A stretch of DNA of 63,213 bases, filler included, from Basidiobolus meristosporus CBS 931.73 (GCA_002104905.1; 3 parts of 3 records of this genome joined end to end with filler, not necessarily neighbours in it), one strand, 5' to 3'. Numbered from the whole stretch's first letter, positions 11,964 to 24,573 are shown. Numbers and translations are program-made. The notes: generated by a model from the sequence alone, not told the origin.

Positions 11964-12046
11964 TGGTAACAGTGAGATTCGAACTCACGCCTCTTACGAG
12001 ACCGCAACTTGAGTGCGGCGCCTTAGACCAACTCGGCCATGTTACC
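11964..12046 (-). tRNA. tRNA-Leu(CAA), intronless
   Basis: CCGCA-CTCAAGT-TGCGG anticodon arm, long variable arm, GAGTTCGAATCTC. Confidence 0.96.
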
Positions 12047-12360
12047 AGCTTGTACACAAACAGGCAATGTCATAACACTAAGCGATAGCTGATAACATAT
12101 CCGCATAGCTTAAGGGGAGGGGGGGGGGAAGAAAGGATACCTTCGCTACTCATGCGGCATCTGTTCTCTCAAGCACAATATTATCCAAGACGTATTTGCA
12201 CCCTGATTGCCACATTTCTTCAGACAGATCTTCCAAATATAATCTACGGATTTGTATACTATGTGAAAGGCAAAATACAATTATAATGCTAGGACCTCCT
12301 TAGGTAAATCTATATATACATTTTCCAAAAATGTATGCTCTTTAACTAGGGCTTCATCAA

Positions 12361-12433
12361 GGGGGTCTAGCTCAGATGGTAGAGCGCTCGCTTAGCATGC
12401 GAGAGGCACTGGGATCGATACCCAGGTCCTCCA
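12361..12433 (+). tRNA. tRNA-Ala(AGC)
   Basis: G3:U70 identity pair, CTCGC-TTAGCAT-GCGAG arm, ATCGATA T-loop. Confidence 0.96.
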
Positions 12434-12612
12434 TGGAACTTTCTCTATTTTGCAGTAGATACATTTTGCTGGTTAACTCGTTTACGCAGCGGTTTATTCA
12501 ATTTTCATCATGGGTTCTCTTAGATTTCGGTACAATCAAGGTTCAAAAATTTCTATCTAAATAGTCGAAAAATTTCTGTAGAGCAAAACATTCAGATGTC
12601 AAAAATAAAGGT

Positions 12613-12681
12613 CACCCAACGTGGGGGTCGAACCCACAACCTTGAGATTAAGAGTCTCACGCTCTACCGATTGAGCTAGCC
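12613..12681 (-). tRNA. tRNA-Lys(CTT), first 4 nt replaced by telomeric repeat
   Basis: GGCTAGCTCAATCGGTAGAGCG-TGAGA-CTCTTAA-TCTCA...GTTGGGTG; only 3 of the 7 5' acceptor-stem bases are present before CCCTAA repeats begin. Confidence 0.92.
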
Positions 12682-12880
12682 TTAGGGTTAGGGTTAGGGT
12701 TAGGGTTAGGGTTAGGGTTAGGGTTAGGGTTAGGGTTAGGGTTAGGGTTAGGGTTAGGGTTAGGGTTAGGGTTAGGGTTAGGGTTAGGGTTAGGGTTAGG
12801 GTTAGGGTTAGGGTTAGGGTTAGGGTTAGGGTTAGGGTTAGGGTTAGGGTTAGGGTTAGGGTTAGGGTTAGGGTTAGGGT
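12682..12880 (+). repeat. Telomeric array (TTAGGG)33, oriented toward a chromosome end at the right
   Basis: 199 nt of perfect TTAGGG repeat ending at the contig break. Confidence 0.97.
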
Positions 12881-12980
12881 NNNNNNNNNNNNNNNNNNNN
12901 NNNNNNNNNNNNNNNNNNNNNNNNTTAATTAATTAANNNNNNNNNNNNNNNNNNNNNNNNNNNNNNNNNNNNNNNNNNNN
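12881..12980. other. Artificial contig spacer (Ns with TTAATTAATTAA, stops in six frames)
   Basis: N-run with the 12-mer at 12926-12937; identical design at 37522-37621. Confidence 0.97.
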
Positions 12981-13369
12981 CTTTGCAAACTGTACGGTGC
13001 ATGAAGCAGCTGGATCCGAATCATCTCAGTTAAACCTGCCATGACCAAAATCCGGTTGATTGGGCCACGCTTTTTAGGGATTGACAACCCTCTTGTTGAC
13101 AAATATGGGACTCGTGATTGCAAAGCAGCACGACTATACCCCTTTAGCCCCTAAAGTGTAAAGAAGACTTGGCTTGATAAGCAGGTTACAAAAACGTTGG
13201 AGATCAGTCAGGTATGACTGTAGATCAACTCCTTGAATATATATATGACTGTGGATCAACTCCACAGCGGAGTTCTGGAATTCAATCAATCCAATAGCCT
13301 CTTAACCAATCAGCCCGCGTAAAAACCAAGCCCGATTGTTTGCATCAAGTTCATACTCATGTTTCAAAC

Positions 13370-13840
13370 CCTTCTTTCAAGGCTGAGTTTTCTCCACCAA
13401 AAATGTTGAACAAATTCACACTAGACCAGTGTCGATCAACGAAGATTTCTCCACATTGTTCTACTAGCAGAAACTGAAAACACGTTCTTGAATAGCCCCA
13501 TTTCGGGATTCGTCATGCCAAGATCAGTGTTGCCAGTAAAGCGATCGGGTAGGAATTTCTCCAGGTCTGGAAAATAGGACTTCTTGTTGTGTAACGGGAA
13601 GATGTTAATGGTGAGCTGAGAACGTTCTGGGACATAGTAACCAGCAAGCATCGTGCCGCTACGTGCAGTTCGAAGATTAAGAGGTACACTGGGGGATTGG
13701 CGCATGGCCTCAGACAGTACAGCATGTGTGTACTTGAGTTTGTTCATTTCTTCGTAATACGCTCAATAAAGAATCTATCCGAGATATCTCCGAAAACTGA
13801 CTCGAGCTCCGCAAAAAGATTCCTCTCCACTTGACAGGAC
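13370..13840 (-). pseudogene. Cytochrome P450 C-terminal fragment, frameshifted, heme Cys not found
   Basis: LKYTHAVLSEAMR (ExxR) and FLPDRF (PERF) motifs; upstream QVERNLFAELESVFGD lies in another frame; downstream FGGENSAL lacks the FxxGxRxC cysteine. Confidence 0.75.
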
Positions 13841-15559
13841 TAGTTGCCCGAGATGTGATGAGAATCGGCGGTTATCAGAACGTCAGTGTGCCTGTGTTGC
13901 CGAGGATTCATACAATCGAGGGACCAACTTCAGGGTAAGTGAACGGGCCTCTGGAGAGCGGTTAATGACTACATGCTGAGTTTCTTTGGTATGTAGCACA
14001 CTTGGAATCCAATCATTCACCGTACCACTTTCACAATAATTATGGGACACGGACTTCAGGACAGAAAACTTTAGAAAAAGCAATATCGAAGTGGAATGGG
14101 GTCGTCAAGATTTTCCCATCCTCATCCTCCAGGAAACTAATGATATGGATTTCAAGACCTTGTGTGAGCAAGAATACAGAGTTGCCTGTGATCACATAGT
14201 CGAGGTACGGTCATCACTGATCCGCATATGCATGGGATGGTGATGCTTACCAATTCAACAGCTGCAAGAAATCTTGAGTGCCCTACGAGGATTGAGAACT
14301 TCAGATGCTGAAGTGGTGACCGGTAACAAGGGGAAGATCACTGTACTTTGCTGTTTGTTTGCTTCGCTTCTCTTGCTTGATTTACTCAATGCGAATTATT
14401 CCATACCACAAGAGGGTCGGTCAGGAAAAATGAAAACCATCCACCCAATTTGCCTATTGTCGGGGTCCAGTTTCGGGAGATCAAGTTCTCCAAGAAACGA
14501 TCATAGCTCTGTAGGAACCGAGACTCACCGACCTAATCGCTGAACGCTAGCTCTCTGGTTGACCGCATCCTCCTGACTCACGCTCACAAGTAGCCCAGCC
14601 TTCGTCCTCAAACACCGTAGGTTTCAACCCGCCAATCTCCAAGGCAAACAAGGGGAGGCTATTGGGAAAAGTGCTCTCGGTACGTTCCCATTCCTCCTCA
14701 ACTTGTTTGTGTCTTAGCAAATTCCCAGCCCAGGTTTTTCTGGGTGGGTACTTCTCTATGATCCAGGGACTGGTAACACCTTCGAACCTTCTCGAGTGCA
14801 CTTTCAGTCTCTTCCCGTCGCATCTGCCGAAACGTAGAGTTGAACTTCACCAGGGATTTGAAGAGTATGTATAGTCGCATTATCACTAGCTTATTCCAAG
14901 GGCCTTGTGATTGCAGTGTGGAACCATGAGATCAGTTTTTAAGTCTTGCTACTATGCGGCATCTCTTTCGCCCTTTCTCTTCCACACCTGTGCTTAATGG
15001 TTAGGTAACCCAGAGTTCTCCTGATCAGGCCCTTTAGTCAACCATGGATGTGTAGTACAGATGATGTTGCCAATTATTGGAATTGCGACATATTTGGAAT
15101 CTTCACTGCAATTACTGGTGCTTGGATGGAATGGAATATGCTAAAATAGATCTAATAAAAGATTCTGCCTCTAATATCAAAATGATCTGATTTATATACC
15201 TCAAGATTCTACATAGCGTATTGCTCAATTATGAGCTACTTAGCATTCAGTGTATAAGACACTTGAAAATCTTAGAATTTGTGAAGGCCTGGATGTTAGG
15301 AAGATTACTCAAACTTGTACAAAACCCACCACATTTAGCACACCACTTCTTGGGATTTTTCTCAAAACATCCTTGTCATTAGCTTTGCAAAGCTCTTCTG
15401 AAAGCAGAAATACTTTATTACAATAAAGCAACATGTATATATGATGCAGCATTTCTTGCACCCAAAGTCATTACTATTACTGCCTAGAATCTGATAACAA
15501 TATAAGCAATTGAGATCTATGGTTGATCGATATGAACGATTGTCCAACATTGGGTCAAA

Positions 15560-16620
15560 AATGGCCAAAAATCAACAAACCAATGCATATAATTATGTAT
15601 GTGGAGAGCGAGTAAACAGCAGGCTGCAGCGAGGGTAACAAACCCTGAGAATAGTATTGGAGGAATGTACTCCATTTTACCGCCCCCAGCTGTACCCTTC
15701 AAAGCTGTGGCGATGGGTGTCCCTACTAGATTGCCGACTATTGTGGTAGCAAATACAAGACCTAGCGCATTTCCGAGCCGTTGAACACCTGAAAACCCTG
15801 TGAGTAGAGCTTCTCATTCTAGCATAGGCAAAGACTTACCAGTAATCTGCGCAGTCACTACGAAAAAGCCATACGCAAGAACAAAAATACACATAAGAGC
15901 ATAGTTATGAGCAAACAACCATAGCAACAGAATCGATATGCCTGCGAGGGAGGTACAACTGGTGATAGTGGCTGTATTCCCCAGTTTGTCAGCAACAAAG
16001 CCAAATATAATCCGGCCTACTGCATTTGCACCACTCATTAAGCACCGGAGCCAAATCCGGCATAAGTGCAGTATTCTAGCAATGGAGTTAGTTTTGTGCT
16101 CATACATCGATACTGTAAACACTCACCTGGAGTTAGGAAAAACGGGATAACATAGGCGAAGTATTCGAAAAAGGCGGTGGTAAGCAAAATAACAAATCTC
16201 TTATCCTGAAGTGCGGAGAAATCTAGCTGGAACGGTCGCTTAGGTCTCTCAACACGTCCCTTGAGAAGAAATGCTGCGATAATTAGGAAAATAAATGCAT
16301 GGATCGCAGAAATATTCCTAACGGTAGTAAAATTGCGCCTAACCCAACAAGCTTCCTTTGATTGGGCCCAGTAGTACGATCAGTGCGGTACCAACAGTAC
16401 CCACCAACGCCAGGACAGAAATCGAGACGCTCTCTTTGAAAACCTCGCGATAGTAGTAATCTTCGTGAAGTTGTACCCAAATATCACCCATTGGCACAGG
16501 AAGGATCCTGTCACAACAAACCACCTTGAATTGGGTTAGTAAATTGCCGGCCGTTCAGTGTGCTGATATGTCCATGCCCGTAGCCCTTTGGTAGCGAGGT
16601 GCTCATCTCAAGGGATTTTT
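15560..16620 (-). pseudogene. Monocarboxylate-type MFS transporter relic
   Basis: Fragments EDYYYREVF...LVGTVGTALIVLLGP, LDFSALQDKRFVILL...AYVIPFF (followed by GTGAGT donor), NAVGRIIFGFVADKLG and GTPIATAL...ILFSG; the TM3-5 region appears to be missing. Confidence 0.7.
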
Positions 16621-17002
16621 CTGTATTAACCGGATTTGCTGACATTCTCAGGGAGATGGGGAAAATCGCACTGTAGATGGATCTTATTTATTCCTAGCCG
16701 TGCGGATTTATAATTCAACCGACGGGATTTAACCTTTTGGCACGATCCCCATAAGCATATCCGCACATAAGGTTAAGTATACCCTGTGATACAGAAATCT
16801 TGTAAAAACCGGTTGGATTCCATATAAAACCGCTTGACTCCGTCCAATTAATTATGAGCTTAACCAACCACCTGGCTGATGCTAACCTAAACTATTCATA
16901 ACTAAGCAACCATATAGATAGCATAATCAGGAATATAAGCATCTAGCTATGTCTATTCCCTATACGTGGCCTCTTCTGTGCTTGTACCTGGACATTTGGA
17001 TA

Positions 17003-17351
17003 TGTTGTAAAAATTTGGAATCCCACCTAAATATTCACCTAACTTAGTCACTTGGATCATTACCTACAAATCTTAGAGAATACTGACCAAATTCCCTGTT
17101 GGTATTTACTTAGAATATTTTCACCAAAACATCAGGTACCCAGAGCACGAAAATTACAGAAGTTGCCCAAACAGCCCCAAACTTTGCTTACATGTTCTTG
17201 GGACCTTCCCGAATATGCTTTGCCAAGACCATGTAAAAGTATAAATACTACTTTTACATTCAATAAATCATTAAGTGAAAACCACAAAATCTACTTGTTC
17301 TCCCAATCACTTCCAATATTTCCAAGACTTGTACAACTGGATAATGTGCCC
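17003..17351 (+). mobile_element. Copia LTR (same family) with decayed PBS, internal region lost
   Basis: Reverse complement of LTR 18554-18905; followed by GGATAATGTGCCC resembling the PBS. Confidence 0.75.
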
Positions 17352-18553
17352 CCATAGATTTCTGCCACTGGGACAAAAGCTTAAGTCTTTTCATAGATCT
17401 TTCATATGTAATTCATGATATATATTTTTCCCAATTATACTGTAGTTTATATATATATTGAACTGTAAGGAATCTCTACTGCACAAACCTAGATGATTTA
17501 TTATGAAAAGACAAGTAATCAATGTGCTTTAAATCTGACCATATAGTACTCCACACTAAATTGCAATCAACTTATAGTCACACAACTGGCTAATGGAAGT
17601 TATCGTTAGTTAATATCACTTGAGGAAAGCCATCCACAGTTTAGAAGAATCCTGTGAGTAATGAGGTGCCAATGTGCTATAAAATGTGGCAATTAACCTG
17701 TGATACTCAATCTACTCTTTAGCACTAATTGCTTCCAAGGTTAAAGCAGGTTTCCAGCATATAATGATAGATTTAGTAACTGATCTTACTTTTGTTGTTT
17801 CTACACATTTGCAGCTGCAATCAGTATCTCAGGCAAATGCTGTGTACTCCAGTAAGGTTGACTCTGGGTTGACATTTATATATTTTCATGAGTTTCCTGT
17901 GAGACATGGAATCCTTACTTCTTCAGATTTTTATATCATTGATCAACCAGCACCAGGTGTGCACCTTGAGCCATTCCAACACAACCATACCCATTAGTTT
18001 CAATGCCCCAAATATATATAGCTGATACAGTTCCAGACTGCATAGGCTGTTACAAGTTGCAAGAGTCATACAGATATTGGAGTTAGTTAGATGACCAAAT
18101 AGATTACCTGGCTTTCACTCAATGCTTTACTGAATGGCAAAGCTGCATTGATACTTATCCAGGATTATGGCAATCAGTCACATTCAATGTGCTTAGAAAG
18201 ATTGTATCAGTATCTGTACAGAGCTGGAGCACATTGGCCTAACTTGTTAAGCTATACACTCTGATAACATGACTTTTGAGCAGATATATTGAAAGCAAAT
18301 TGTATTGTGAGTTTGGTTACTACCCCTATGTACTCCTATGACTTGGTCACTTTTGTGTGCAAGTCTCAGAGTATTTGTCTAAGTACTTTGCTCAGATTTA
18401 CCTGGAATGCTTCACCAAACATCAACTATGGAGGACATCATATAGTGAAAGGTTGTCCAGACACCTCCAAGCTCAACATATGTACTCTTGCAACTTTGCC
18501 AAGAATATTTAAGTGCTTGTATCATAAGGACTAGTATGAATATAACAATGACA

Positions 18554-21500
18554 TGTTGTAAGAGTCTTGGAGATATTGTAAGTGATTTGGGAGAACAAGT
18601 AGATTATGTGGTTTTCACTTAATGATTTATTGAATGTAAAAGTAACATTTATACTTTTACCTGGTCTTGGCATAACAAACATGTAGAATAGGTTAAGTAA
18701 AGGTCCCAAGAGCATGTGTGCAAAGTTTGAGGCTGTTTGGACAACTTTAAGAATTATCATGTTCTGGGTATCTGGTATTTTGGTGAAAATATTCTAAGTA
18801 AATCCCAACAAGGAATTTGGTCAGTATTCTCTAGGATTTGCAGGTGATGATCTAAGTGACCAAGTTAGGTGAATATTTAGGTGGAAATACATATTTTTTA
18901 CAACACTTCCACTCAGCTAAATGTTCATACTGACTAGTCGTAACTTTGACCTAAGATATTCAAACTTATCTCTAGCTAATTATTTGGTAAATATGTCTGC
19001 AATCATTTCATCTGTAGTACAGTAAACTAAGCTAACCAAGTTATTCTATATAGCATCATGTATGCAACATGATGTCTAATATCAGTGTGCTTGGTTCTAG
19101 CATGAAAAGTTGGATTTCTACCTAATTGTATACATCCTTGATTATCTTGCAATAAAGTAATAGGTGTTTTTTGACATAGGCTTAAATCTGTAAAACGCTT
19201 TCTTAACCACATTACTTTTTTTGTAGCTTCACAGGCTGCCATGTACTCTGCCTCTATGGTAGAAAGTGCTATGGTTGGTTGCTTTCTTGAATTCCATGAA
19301 GTGGCTCCTTTACAGTAAAGAAACAAGTATCCTGTGGTGGATCTTCTGTCTTCCAAATTTTGTCCCCAATCTGCATCAGAGTATCCCACAAGATCTTGTT
19401 CTGAATCCTTGTAAGTGTATCTTAAGCAGATATCAGCAGTTCCTTTTAGGTATCTAAAAATCTGCTTAACTGCTGCAATATGATCAGATCCATAGTTCTG
19501 ATTATATTGGCTGACAACTCCCACTGAATATGAGATATCTGGACATGTTCCAGGCATGTTATACATCAGATTGCCAACCATAGACTGATGAGGAAAGTCA
19601 GGGCTTTCAGATGGCACCAAGCTCTCTTGATTTGGTTGAGTTTTGACCAAGTTGAGGTTTGTCTCCATTGGGGTAGCTGCTGGTTTACAGTCTTCCATTT
19701 TCTACTTCTTTAGTATATCTTGAATATACTTGGATTGGCTTAGGGTAATAGTCTGGGTACTTCTGTCTATGGAGAACTTAATCTCTAAGTACTAACCAAG
19801 TTCTCCTAGATTGGACATCTTGAACTCCTTAGATAGGCTGGATTTAGTCTCTTCCAATGTTTCTAGGTTACTGGTGGCTAAAATAAGATCATCCACATAT
19901 AGAGCTAATAGAACTGGATTTGCTCTATCTGGTTCATAGTATATACTATAGTTGGCATTACTCCTTTTGAAACTCAAAGATTCCAAATAAGAATCTATCA
20001 TGCAATTCCAGGCTCTTGGTGATTGTTTGAGACCATATAGTGACTTTTTAAGTTTGCAGACCAAATGGGGGTTATCTTGGTCAACAAACCCATCAGGCTG
20101 GTCCATATACATGTCCTCATCAAGTTCTCCATTCAAAAATGCGGTTTTTACATCCATTTGATGAATAAAATACTTATATTTGGCTGCAATAGCCAATATT
20201 AATCTGATGGAATTAAACTTGGCTACTGGTGCAAAGGTCTCAGTATAGTCAAGTCCTTTTGTTTGAGAGTATCCTTTGGCCAAAAGTCTTGCTTTGTATC
20301 TTTGAATTGTACCATCAGCTTTGTATTTTTGTCTTGAAGACCCATCTGCATGCAATTAATTTTTGGTTGATTGGTAATTTGACTAAGTCCCAAGTTTGAT
20401 TTTCCATTAGGGCCTGAAATTCCTCAGTCATTGCAGATCTCTAAAACTTTGCCTGAGAGCTATTTAGCGCCTCTTTTACAGTCTTGGGTTCATCAATATG
20501 AACTGAATAGGCATAGGCTAAGTTTGTACCCTCATTGATATAGTAATTTGAGCTATTTCTTGTCAAATTGGATCTCCAGGCATTTGATACATAAATGATC
20601 ACTTCTGGGATATTCCTGGGCACTCATTCTGGCTGAACCACGGCTGTAGAGTCCTCTGGAGTGAAAAAGCTTACATTATTTTGATCTGATTTAATCCCAA
20701 CAATTAGTGGACTTGAGATTAGATTTTTGTCATCATCTGATGTCATTTTTTGTGAAAATTTTGAATTTTCATCAAACAACGCATCCCTGGACTTGATTAG
20801 CTTCTTTGCTTTGGTATTGTAGAGTTTGTTTGCTTTACTCTCATTGCAGTAGCCCAAAAATATGCATTTACACTTTTGGGCTCAAGTTTTGGCTGATTTC
20901 CAGGCAGTTTCTTGGCATATGCTGTACACCCATATATTCTTAGATGTTCTGCACTTGGTCTGTATCCATACCATGCTTCATATGGAGTAGAGCCACAAAT
21001 CATTCTGTTATCACTCCTATTTTTAAGGTATACAGCTGTAGCAATTGATTCTGCCCAAAAATCATACAATAATTTTTGATCATGGATCATAGATCTTGCC
21101 ATATCAGTTATTGATCTGCTTGCTTGTTCTGCTACTCCATTTTGCTGTTGGGAGTATGGTACAGTAGTCTCTTGCTTTATCCCATGAATTTTCCAGAAGT
21201 AGATGAAGAGTTATGAGGTATATTCTCCACCATTGTCAGAGCGTATTTTCTTAATTTTTTTCACCAGTTTCTCTCTCCACCATGGCTTTAAGCTCCCTGA
21301 ACTTAGACAGAGCTTCTTCCTTTCTCTCCATGAAGTAGACCCATGTGTATCTTGTGTAATCATCAATAAAAGTGATTAAATACTTCATCCCACCTAAGGA
21401 TAAACTTTGCATAGGTCCACTAAGATCTGAGTGAATTAGAACTAATATTTTCTTAGTATTGATTAACCCGGAGCTTTTGAACAGTTGTCTAGCTTGTTTC

Positions 21501-23251
21501 CCATATATGCAGGCTTCACAATGCTCCAAACTAGCTGGGGGATCAATTTTTACTCCAGAAATTAGCTGATCTTTGATCATTTTGTGCAAATAATCAAAAT
21601 TGATGTGCCCAAATCTCCTGTGCCAAAGCATTGGTGTTTCTTAATTTAAGTTACTTATATGGGCTTCCCAATATGATGGAATATAAGTCAACTTGTAAAG
21701 GTTTTGATCTCTGATACCCAAAGCAATATGGGCACCATTTTGATCAGCAATCTTGCATCCAGGATTGTCAAAGCTGAAACTGAGTCCTTCTGCAGTGGCC
21801 TTGCTCACAGATAGTAGGTTCTTGGCTATTTCTGGTACATAGAGTACTTCTTTAAAGGTCAGTGTATGGCTTCCTTCACTGCTTCTAAGGTTTACTTGGC
21901 TGTTTCCTTCTCCCACTGCATCAAGTGTTCTATTGTCACCCATGAAAACCTTCTTAATTGGAATCTCTTGATATTGGGTAAAAAGTTTTTTTTGGTGTGT
22001 AAAGTGTTGAGATGCTCCGGAGTCAATATACCACATCTGAGAATCCTTGTTTGAGATCATATTTGAGTGCTGATATGAATAGTCTATCTTCAGTTGTTGC
22101 AGCATTTCAATACTCAGGCTTCTTTTGCTGATTATCTTTCTTTATGAGACACCGGTCTGATGTGTGTCCTTTCCTTTTGCAGTAGTTACATAACAGGTTT
22201 GCTGTTGTCTTTGTAGGGTCTTGGGTACCTCCCTGGTTGGTTATCATTGCTTATTAAAGCATTCTCTTCTTCCTTCTTATTGGCACTTGATTTTCTTAAT
22301 TCTTCATCCAGGAGCCTTCCATAGTACATAATTAAGGGTCAAATCTTCAGTTCTGGACTCTAGGGATGATTCAAGGCCCTGAAACCTGTCTGTCAGGCTA
22401 TTCAGGATTGTAACTATCACATCCTCATCAGTAGTTGGTATGCTCACAGATTCCATTTCGTCTACCAGCAGGGTAATTCTGTTAATACAGATTTTCATTT
22501 CTTCTCCTGGCAGCATCTTTAGTAGTGAAAGAATTTTTGTCTCAGATACATTTTCTTAGCAGCTGAACATGACTGGTAGGTGTCTTCTAATGCCTTCCAG
22601 GCATTATTTGCTGTTTTTGCTCTTGAGCATTGAATTAGCAATTTGTCCTTATCATTAAGGCAAATGCAGTTAAAGGCACTTTGTTCTTTCTTCTGGTACT
22701 TTAAGGCTGCCTCTCCTATGCTTTTGGAGGGCATTCTTCTCCCATGACAATATCCCAAAGGCCTCTTTCTTGTAGCACCATCTTCAACTTCACCTTCCAC
22801 ACCTTGGTAGTTAGATCCATCCAACTTTACAGCAGAGGGAAAAATTCCAGTAATGGCAGTAGTAGACATTGCAGAGAGTGACAGCTTGTGGCTCATAAAC
22901 CGGTTGTAAGAGTCTTGGAGTATATGGCAGTGATTAGGGAGAACCAGTAGATTATGTGGCTTTTACTTAATGATTTATTAAATGTAAAAGTAGTATTTAT
23001 ACTTTGACGTGATATTGGCATCACAAGCATGTAGAATAGGCTTAAAAAGGTCCCACAATTATGTATGCAAAGTTTGGGGCTGGTTGGATCACTTTGAGAA
23101 TTTTCATGTTCTGGGTACCTGGTATTTTGGTGAGAATATTCCAAGTAAATCCCAACAAGGAACTTGGTTAGTATTCTCTAGGATTTGAATTTAATATTCT
23201 AAGTGGCTAGGTTAGGTGCATATTTAGGTGGAATTACAAAGTTTTACAACA
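18554..23251 (-). mobile_element. Full-length but degenerate Ty1/copia element A (LTRs 18554-18905 and 22902-23251)
   Basis: Order gag, protease (WYIDSGASQH), GAG-pre-integrase (LWHRRFGH), integrase, RT (YVDDLIL), RNase H (GYSDADW); PBS at 22888-22901; purine tract beside 18906. Confidence 0.95.
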
Positions 23252-24567
23252 CTCCCACCCAACTAAATGTTCATACAGACTAGTGCTAATTTGACCCAGC
23301 ATATTCAAACTTCTCTCTAGCAAATGGATTGGTAAATATGTCTGCAATCATAGTGTCTGTAGGACAGCAAACTAAGCTAACCAAGTTATTCTCTATAGCT
23401 TCACATATGAAATGATGTCTAATATCTATGTGCTTAGTTCTAGCATGAAAAGTCAGATTTCTACCTTACTGTATACATCCTTGATTATCTTGAAATAAAG
23501 TAATAGACTTTTTTTGACATAGGCCTAAGTCTGTAAAAAGCTTTCTTAACCTCATTGTTTTGTTTGTAGCTTCACAGGCTCCCATATACTCTGCCTCTGT
23601 GGTAGAAAGTACTATGTGTGGTTGCTTTCTTGAATTCCATGAAACTGCTCCTTTACAGTAAAGAAAGGTGTATTCTGTGGTGGATCTTCTGTCTTCCAAA
23701 TTTTGTCCCCAATTAGCATCAGAATATCCCACAAAATCATGTTCTGAATCCTTATAAGTTTATCTTAAGTAGACATAAGCAGCTCCTTTTAGATATCTCA
23801 AAATCCGCTTAACCGCTGCAATATGATCAGATCCATAGTTCTGATTATGTTAGCTGACAACTCCCACTGAATATGAGATATCTGGACATGTTCCAAGCAT
23901 GGTATACATCAGACTGCTGACCATAGATTGATAAGGAAAGTCAGGGCTTTCAGATGGCACCAAGCTCTCTTGATTTGGTTGAATTTTGTCCAAGTTAAGG
24001 TTTGTCTCCATTGGGGTTGCTGCCAGTTTACAGTTTTCCATTTGGTATTTCTTTAGTATATCTTGAATATACTTAGATTGGCTTAGGATGGTAGTCTGGG
24101 TACTTCTGTCTATGGAGAACTTAATCCCTAAGTAGTAACTAAGTTCTCCTAGATTGGACATCTTGAACTCCTTGGATAGGCTGGATTTAGTCTCTGCTAA
24201 TGTTGCCAGGTTATTGGTGGCTATAATAAGATCATCCACATACAGAGCTAATAGAACTGGATTTGTTCTTTCTGGCTTGAAGTGTATACTATAGTCAGCA
24301 TAACTCCTTTTGAAACTCAAAGATTCCAAATAAGAATCTATCTTGCAATTCCAGGGCCTTGATGATTGTTTGAGACTGTATAGAGACTTTTTAAGCTTGC
24401 AGACCAAATGGTGGCTACCTTGGTCAACAAGTCCATCAGGCTGGTCCATAAATATGTCCTCATAAAGCTCTTCATTCAGAAATACAGTTTTTACATCCAC
24501 TTAATGAATAAAAAACTTTTATTTGGCTGCAGTAACCAATATTAATCTGATGGAATTAAACTTGGCT
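23252..24567 (-). mobile_element. 3' part of copia copy B (RT-RNase H-PPT) running into the LTR that also serves as 5' LTR of copy A
   Basis: ORFs 23850-24500 and 23466-23732; PPT GTTGGGTGGGAG abuts the LTR at 23251. Confidence 0.9.
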
Positions 24568-24573
24568 GCCTGC

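Noticed and set aside
12113-12128. G-run GGGGAGGGGGGGGGG and (TA)n tracts near 10350 and 34190
   Set aside because: Simple sequence with no supporting context.
9305-12681. CRISPR-like or other repeat-spacer array
   Set aside because: Repeats are protein-coding modules and tRNA genes; there are no identical direct repeats with unique spacers, and the context is eukaryotic.
12926-12937. TTAATTAATTAA palindrome (also at 37566-37577) as a biological motif
   Set aside because: Embedded in N-runs in identical fashion; an assembly linker.
17350-18530. Possible third CACTA-like transposase relic on the minus strand
   Set aside because: Only faint motif echoes among many stops; not supportable without a profile search.
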